Below, one piece after another: positions 58,652 to 64,000 of a stretch of DNA of 64,000 nucleotides; the first letter of the stretch is position 1; each line of letters opens with the position of its first letter. This stretch comes from an uncultured virus (IMG/VR IMGVR_UViG_3300025168_000060). Lineage: Duplodnaviria; Heunggongvirae; Uroviricota; Caudoviricetes. The stretch lies in IMG/VR virus record IMGVR_UViG_3300025168_000060; one strand, 5' to 3'. The position numbers and the translations under genes are program-made. A model generated the notes under the pieces. It saw only the letters and a program-made list of their open reading frames with translations. It did no database searches and was not told the origin of the DNA.

Positions 58652-60363
58652 TGATAATATTTGAAACGATAAGGTGGAAGAACTTTCTTTCCACTGGCAA
58701 TACCGGTATAGAAGTAAAACTAAACGAACACCAAGATACACTTATTGTAGGTCACAATGGTGCAGGTAAATCAACAATACTTGACGCCTTGTGTTTTGGT
58801 CTTTTTAATAAACCTTTTAGAGATATTAAGAAAGAACAAATGGTCAATAGTGTTAATCTAGGTGGCACAGAAATAGAAATAGAGTTTAGTATCTCTAATA
58901 ATAAGTACAGAATTAAACGTGGCATTAAACCTAATGTGTTTGAAATACACCTGAATGGTGAACTTGTCAATCAGGATGCCTCTATTGCTGACCAACAAAA
59001 ATACTTAGAACAACAAATATTGAAATTTAATTACCGTAGTTTTACACAGGTTGTTATACTAGGCAGTAGTGCATTTGTACCTTTTATGGAATTAAAATCA
59101 CCACATAGACGAGAAGTTGTGGAAGATATACTTGATATAAAGATATTTTCTGTAATGAATATGTTAGTAAAGATACAAATAAAAGAAATACAAGACCAGT
59201 TACGAGATATTGATAGAGAGATTGATATTACCAAAAACAAAGTAGAGACACAGGAAAGATATATTGAACAAACAGGTAAGCAAACACAATCTACAATAGA
59301 TGATTACAATAAGAAGATACAAGAAAACAAAGACGCATTAAACAAATACAATGACCATAAAGCAGAGTTAGAAAAAGTATTAAACAAAGAAAAAGAAAAG
59401 ATACTAGATGAGAATAAGGTACGAGAACAAGTAAAGAGATTAAATGCCTTTGAAACACAGTTTGAAACAAAAGTCAATGAGTGTACTAAACATAAAAAGT
59501 TTTATGAAGCACATGATAATTGTCCTACATGTCAACAGACTATAGACCCACAGTTTAAATCAGAAAAGATATCTAAAGAAAACAACCAGATGTTAAAGTT
59601 TAATCAGGCATTAGAAGATGTTGCCAAAGAAATATCTAGTAAACAACGAAGACTACAAGCCATTGCAAGTGTCTATGAGAATATGAAAGTAACAGAAATA
59701 GATATTGCGAAGTTTGAACAATCTAGTAACGAACTACAAAACATTAATCGTAAATTAGAAAGTCAAGTAAATACTCTTATGCAACAAAGTGAAGAAACAG
59801 GTAATGCAAAAGGTAAACTAGAGTCCTTACAAGAAATGATGGCACACCACGAGAGTGAACAGTTACGAAAAAAAGAAGAACTAGATTATCTACAGGCTGC
59901 CAGAGTAATGTTGGCAGATACAGGTATCAAAACAAAAGTTATCAAACAATATCTGCCTATAATGAACCAGTTGATAAACAAATATTTGGCGTCTATGGAC
60001 TTCTTTGTTAATTTTAAATTAGATGATGAGTTTAGAGAGATTATAAGAAGTAGATTCCGTGATGACTTTAGTTATAGTAGTTTTAGTGAAGGTGAAAAGA
60101 TGAGAATAAATCTGGCACTATTGTTTACATGGCGTGCCATTGCTAAGATGAAGAACAGTATATCTACCAATCTATTAATGTTAGATGAAATATTTGACAG
60201 TAGTTTAGATGGTCAAGGTACAGATGACTTTCTAAAGATACTGAATACACTAGAAGGTGAGAATGTGTTTATCATATCACATAAGACAGACCTGATGGCA
60301 GATAAGTTTAAAAACATAATGAGGTTTGAGAAGTACAAAAACTTTACAAGGATTGTTGAGTGA
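58651..60363 (+). CDS. gp46: Recombination ATPase gp46 (Rad50/SbcC-like)
   Basis: WKNFLSTGN, GHNGAGKST, CPTC hook, FSEGEK, LDEIFD. Confidence 0.96.
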   Translation: MIIFETIRWKNFLSTGNTGIEVKLNEHQDTLIVGHNGAGKSTILDALCFGLFNKPFRDIKKEQMVNSVNLGGTEIEIEFSISNNKYRIKRGIKPNVFEIHLNGELVNQDASIADQQKYLEQQILKFNYRSFTQVVILGSSAFVPFMELKSPHRREVVEDILDIKIFSVMNMLVKIQIKEIQDQLRDIDREIDITKNKVETQERYIEQTGKQTQSTIDDYNKKIQENKDALNKYNDHKAELEKVLNKEKEKILDENKVREQVKRLNAFETQFETKVNECTKHKKFYEAHDNCPTCQQTIDPQFKSEKISKENNQMLKFNQALEDVAKEISSKQRRLQAIASVYENMKVTEIDIAKFEQSSNELQNINRKLESQVNTLMQQSEETGNAKGKLESLQEMMAHHESEQLRKKEELDYLQAARVMLADTGIKTKVIKQYLPIMNQLINKYLASMDFFVNFKLDDEFREIIRSRFRDDFSYSSFSEGEKMRINLALLFTWRAIAKMKNSISTNLLMLDEIFDSSLDGQGTDDFLKILNTLEGENVFIISHKTDLMADKFKNIMRFEKYKNFTRIVE

Positions 60364-61064
60364 AATATTTTCCAGTAGTTGTAGATAATTTCTTCCGTAA
60401 TCCAGATTTGATAAGAAAACTGGCATTGAGTTTAAACTATACACCTGATGATAAAGGTAGATGGCCTGGTCAGCGAAGCGAACAGTTACATACAATAGAC
60501 TATGAATTGTTTATGAGTATTATGTTAAAGATTATGTCTATCTATACAGACTTTGCTTATTCAAACGTTACATGGGAAAATGCTAGTCTTTACTTTCACA
60601 AAATAAAAGATACAGGTGATAAAGAACTGAATAAAGGTTGGATTCATATTGACCAAGACTTTGAATTAGCAGGACTATGTTATTTGAATCCTGGTGTAAA
60701 TGATATAAACACAGGCACCTCACTTCACTCAATAGAAGACCACCACAAGTACGAAAGACATTATTATAAACATTTGTATTATCGAGGCGACAATGTGGAT
60801 ATAAATGATTATAAGAAAGAACTGAAAGAACACAATGACAAATATACAGAAACAATGAGAATATCTAACGTGTATAATAGAATGATTACCTATGATACAA
60901 AAGAACATCATTGTTTAAATGGCATATCAGAGAATGAAGAAAGATTAACTATGTTATTGTTTATGAGTGATATATCACCAGAAGGTAAGTTTCCTGTTTC
61001 CAGAATACAAGATGACAAACAGTATGATAACTTTATTGAAGAAAGGATAAATTTTTTATTATGA
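60360..61064 (+). CDS. 2OG-Fe(II) oxygenase-like (DUF6445-type), paralogue of 1078..1770
   Basis: YFPVVVDNFFRNPD, GRWPGQRS, GWIHID, SNVYNR, HHC, ERLT. Confidence 0.8.
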   Translation: MKYFPVVVDNFFRNPDLIRKLALSLNYTPDDKGRWPGQRSEQLHTIDYELFMSIMLKIMSIYTDFAYSNVTWENASLYFHKIKDTGDKELNKGWIHIDQDFELAGLCYLNPGVNDINTGTSLHSIEDHHKYERHYYKHLYYRGDNVDINDYKKELKEHNDKYTETMRISNVYNRMITYDTKEHHCLNGISENEERLTMLLFMSDISPEGKFPVSRIQDDKQYDNFIEERINFLL

Positions 61065-62071
61065 AGATAACAATTGCCAGATTACGAAGTGGTACAAATT
61101 ATAAAGAACCACTACACGATATTATGGATAGTTTCTATGACCTATACAGACGATACATGGAAGAAAATACACAACACACTTATGGTGTTTATAACTTTGG
61201 ATGGGGTCATGCAAACAGAAAAAAGTTAGATGATATACCAGATAGTGACGTTATTATTATACCAAGTGAGAATGAATTTACACAACACATTAAAAACTTT
61301 GTTGACCCAAGGCACAAAGCAAGAAGTGATGAAATGGTCAAACAAATAGGTGAACACCTATCAAATAAACATGTAATGATATGGCGTAGTGATAGAGCAG
61401 ATAATGAAGAACTGTATCGTAACAAAACATTTAAAGACCAACCCATTGGCAAGTTTAGTACATTAGACGAAATGGATATACCTGGTGGACTACATGGCAT
61501 GAAGTATCATTTTATTACAGAAAACTATCCGGCAAAACTAGATGAAACACGAGACATAGATTTTGTCTATTGGGGTACAGATAAACGTAAGACAACAGAA
61601 AATGTTGATAGTGGTGATCCTAGGCACAAAGTATTTAAACAGATATACAAAGAAAAGAAGTTGTCCTCATACTGGATTGGTAAATTTAGTAATATAGAAA
61701 GAAATATGAAGATAAACCGTATGGTGCATATATTACCATATCTAACAAGTGGTAAAGGTACATTGTGTTTTAACTGGATGAGTGAGACAGCCACAACAAG
61801 TAGATACCATGAGGCATTGGCCTGTGGGTTGATACCATTTGTATGGCATAACTATGATGTAAACAATACAATAGTCGCTGACCCATGGCAGAGAGTATCA
61901 AGTGTAGAAGAACTCTATGAAAAGTATGAAGAATTAAATGGAGCCAAAGGTGATTTATGGGGTCAAAAACTGATGGACATAGAAGAAGAATATAAAAAGA
62001 ATGTCCTGAAATCAAAAGATGAGTATTATCAACTATTTAAGACAAGGCTTGACAAATTGTTAGAATTATGA
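61061..62071 (+). CDS. GT-B glycosyltransferase resembling T4 DNA beta-glucosyltransferase
   Basis: N-terminal MKITI; DFVYWG..KR; TSRYHEALACGLIPFVWHNYDVNNTIVADPWQRVSSVEELYEKYEEL parallels the T4 BGT C-terminal region as recalled; similar length. Confidence 0.65.
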   Translation: MKITIARLRSGTNYKEPLHDIMDSFYDLYRRYMEENTQHTYGVYNFGWGHANRKKLDDIPDSDVIIIPSENEFTQHIKNFVDPRHKARSDEMVKQIGEHLSNKHVMIWRSDRADNEELYRNKTFKDQPIGKFSTLDEMDIPGGLHGMKYHFITENYPAKLDETRDIDFVYWGTDKRKTTENVDSGDPRHKVFKQIYKEKKLSSYWIGKFSNIERNMKINRMVHILPYLTSGKGTLCFNWMSETATTSRYHEALACGLIPFVWHNYDVNNTIVADPWQRVSSVEELYEKYEELNGAKGDLWGQKLMDIEEEYKKNVLKSKDEYYQLFKTRLDKLLEL

Positions 62072-62077
62072 TAGGAT
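62049..62077 (+). promoter_or_regulatory. Sigma70 promoter for the DUF4338-like gene
   Basis: TTGACA-N17-TAGGAT with extended -10 TG. Confidence 0.75.
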
Positions 62078-62090
62078 ATAGAATTATATT

Positions 62091-63347
62091 ATGGAAAAGA
62101 AAATAGATCCGCTACTAGAAGAGCAATGGGAGGTTTTTCAAAAAGAAAACCCAAGTGCGACATATCGTCACGTTGATGAGAATGAACTGGTAGATAGACT
62201 AACAAAAGAATTAACTTATGCTTCTAATATGTCAGTAGAAGAATACACACTATATCAAAAATGGTGTGAAGTAAAAAACAAATATCCTGCACAAAAAGTA
62301 AATACTTTATTTGGTGAAGAAAGTCAATTAGTTGACCAGTCAAAAGATAAGTTATTAGTACATGTGAAAAACAATATATGGTCACCTAAAGACCCTATGG
62401 ACTTTGAAAAGTTAGAACCAGAGTTAATCTATACAAAAGACATACCCAATGGGTCACAATTGTGGAATGCAATTCGTACATTTGCTTCTACAATGAAAAA
62501 CAATAACAACATAGGTCGTAACCTTAACTTTATTGTAAGAGATAAACCAACAAAGAAATACTTAGGTGTTATTTGTATCTCATCAGACTTTTTAGATTTA
62601 ACACCAAGAGACAATTACATAGGTTGGGATAGAGAACGTAAAACGAAGAAGATGATTAATCATACGGCAATAGGTAGTACGATTGTGCCACTACAACCAC
62701 TAGGGTTTAATTATACAGGTGGTAAGTTATTGGCGTTATTATGTTTATCTGATAAAGTACAAGAAATATGGAAAAGAGAATATGGTGACACGATGGTAGG
62801 TGTAACAACAACAAGTCTATATGGTAGTTTTAGTCAGTATCAAAATCTTAAATACTGGAAGAAAAGAGGTCATAGTTCAGGTAGTGTATCTTATGAAGCA
62901 ACAAAACCTACAATTTCTATGATACGAGATTGGTTAAAAGAAAATCATACAAGAAAATACTTTGAATGGTATGGTGCAACAAAACCTACAGGCCAGCCTT
63001 ATAAGAGAGACCACAGAAATAGGTCACATACATTTGCCTACAGTAAGTTAGGCATACCAAGAGAGATTACAAAGTCTGCTCATAGTCGTGGTATCTATTT
63101 TAGTACACTATATGATAACACTTGCGAATTTTTAAAAGAAGAAATAACGGAAGATAAGTTAAAAAAATCATTTGATAGTAGTATTGAAGGACTTGTAAAT
63201 GTATGGAAAAACAAGTATGCTAGTAAGCGTATTAAATCATTGATTAACCAGTCTAGGACGAACATGGAGACACTTTATTATGATGACTTGATACATCTAA
63301 CTTGGGAAGAAACAAAGAATAAGTATCTAAAACAGGTAGGAAGATGA
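62091..63347 (+). CDS. DUF4338/DruA-like protein
   Basis: GRNLNFIVRD....YLGVI, RDNYIGWD, IVPLQPLGFNYTGGKLLALL, GVTTTSLYG..SQY. Confidence 0.75.
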   Translation: MEKKIDPLLEEQWEVFQKENPSATYRHVDENELVDRLTKELTYASNMSVEEYTLYQKWCEVKNKYPAQKVNTLFGEESQLVDQSKDKLLVHVKNNIWSPKDPMDFEKLEPELIYTKDIPNGSQLWNAIRTFASTMKNNNNIGRNLNFIVRDKPTKKYLGVICISSDFLDLTPRDNYIGWDRERKTKKMINHTAIGSTIVPLQPLGFNYTGGKLLALLCLSDKVQEIWKREYGDTMVGVTTTSLYGSFSQYQNLKYWKKRGHSSGSVSYEATKPTISMIRDWLKENHTRKYFEWYGATKPTGQPYKRDHRNRSHTFAYSKLGIPREITKSAHSRGIYFSTLYDNTCEFLKEEITEDKLKKSFDSSIEGLVNVWKNKYASKRIKSLINQSRTNMETLYYDDLIHLTWEETKNKYLKQVGR

Positions 63348-63430
63348 GAACATTTAGCGAACACCACATCTGTTGCAAAAATACAACAGTACAAAAATGA
63401 TAAGTCATTGAAAAACAACGATTTTAATTT
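63348..63430 (+). promoter_or_regulatory. Upstream regulatory cassette, copy 2 (LexA-type box, 18-bp palindrome, IHF-like site)
   Basis: GAAC-N7-GAAC at 63348-63362; TGTTGCAAAAATACAACA at 63371-63388; TAAGTCATTGAAA at 63401-63413. Confidence 0.75.
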
Positions 63431-63441
63431 ATATTATTTTG

Positions 63442-63470
63442 TTGACATTTGAACCAAAATGGTATAGGAT
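63442..63470 (+). promoter_or_regulatory. Sigma70 early promoter
   Basis: TTGACA-N17-TAGGAT. Confidence 0.8.
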
Positions 63471-63493
63471 ATAGAAATAATTAACGAGGTATT

Positions 63494-64000
63494 ATGAAAC
63501 AAATTAGTAAAGAACAAAAATCAAATTTAGCAAGATTACTTGCAACAGAAAATCTTAACATAGAACACAGAAAAGTTAAGACGGCTTATTTTATTCCTAA
63601 AACTAGAACTTTATGCCTTCCAATATGGGAAGATATGAGTAACGATTTATATGACCTTTTATGCGGACACGAAGTTGGTCACGCTTTATATACTCCACAA
63701 GATGAAACAGTTTTAAAAGAAGCAATGAAGAATATTCCTCATTCATACTTTAATGTTGTAGAAGACATTAGAATTGATATGAACATGAAGAAGAAATATC
63801 CTGGTTTAAGAAAATCTTATTTCAATGGTTATAAAGAATTAGTTGAAAGAGACTTCTTTGGTAATATCCAAGAAGACGCTAACTCTATGAGATTTATTGA
63901 TAGACTTAATATCTTTACTAAATCTGGTAACTTAGAACAAACAATTGAATTTAACGAACAAGAACAAGAATTTGTTAACAAGTCACAAAAACTTGTTACA
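63494..64000 (+). CDS. HEXXH metallopeptidase-like protein of marine T4-like phages (often next to a CobS/MoxR AAA gene); runs off the window, missing from the ORF track
   Basis: GAGG RBS; MKQISKEQKSNLARLLATENLNIEH..TAYF....LCLPIW..YDLLCGHEVGHALYTP..NVVEDIRI..KYPGL. Confidence 0.85.
   Translation, partial: MKQISKEQKSNLARLLATENLNIEHRKVKTAYFIPKTRTLCLPIWEDMSNDLYDLLCGHEVGHALYTPQDETVLKEAMKNIPHSYFNVVEDIRIDMNMKKKYPGLRKSYFNGYKELVERDFFGNIQEDANSMRFIDRLNIFTKSGNLEQTIEFNEQEQEFVNKSQKLVT

Noticed and set aside
39402..60363. Introns, inteins or homing endonucleases in gp17, gp20, gp23, uvsW or gp46
   Set aside because: These ORFs are continuous and of normal length; no HNH, GIY-YIG, LAGLIDADG or intein motifs seen
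62091..63347. Complete Druantia defence system
   Set aside because: No DruE helicase or other Dru genes in the window; only a lone DruA-like gene
1..64000. tRNA/rRNA genes, integrase or transposase
   Set aside because: None recognised; intergenic gaps are short and mostly explained by promoters or terminators (a tRNAscan-SE run would be decisive for tRNAs)

Overview
This 64 kb window comes from an AT-rich T4-like myovirus genome. Gene order and content resemble marine cyano-/pelagi-myophages, and several signals point to an alphaproteobacterial host. The window runs through: (1) an accessory region with a carbamoyltransferase, 2OG-Fe(II) oxygenase, two ParB/Srx-like proteins, a SAM-dependent transferase, a porin and small membrane proteins; (2) a small minus-strand early operon that includes an RNA polymerase alpha-CTD-like protein; (3) the baseplate module (PAAR/gp5.4, gp25, gp6, gp7, gp8, a 2006-aa structural protein); (4) four long fibre genes built from shared modules; (5) an inverted block of six 2OG-Fe(II) oxygenases; (6) the neck-terminase-tail-head module (gp13-gp23); (7) a BMP-family solute-binding protein; (8) gp3, uvsY, uvsW, gp55, a flavin halogenase, gp47 and gp46; and (9) a beta-glucosyltransferase-like gene next to a DUF4338/DruA-like gene. 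The most unusual signals: two distant early promoters share a helically phased upstream cassette (alphaproteobacterial LexA box, 18-bp palindrome, IHF-like site); an orphan antisense sigma70 promoter would make a transcript starting with an anti-Shine-Dalgarno motif; six late-type promoters sit exactly 5 nt before an ATG (leaderless mRNAs); an unannotated metallothionein-like peptide lies upstream of the PAAR gene; and there is a candidate DNA-hypermodification cluster plus apparent GATC avoidance. All protein calls are motif recognition by eye, not database searches.
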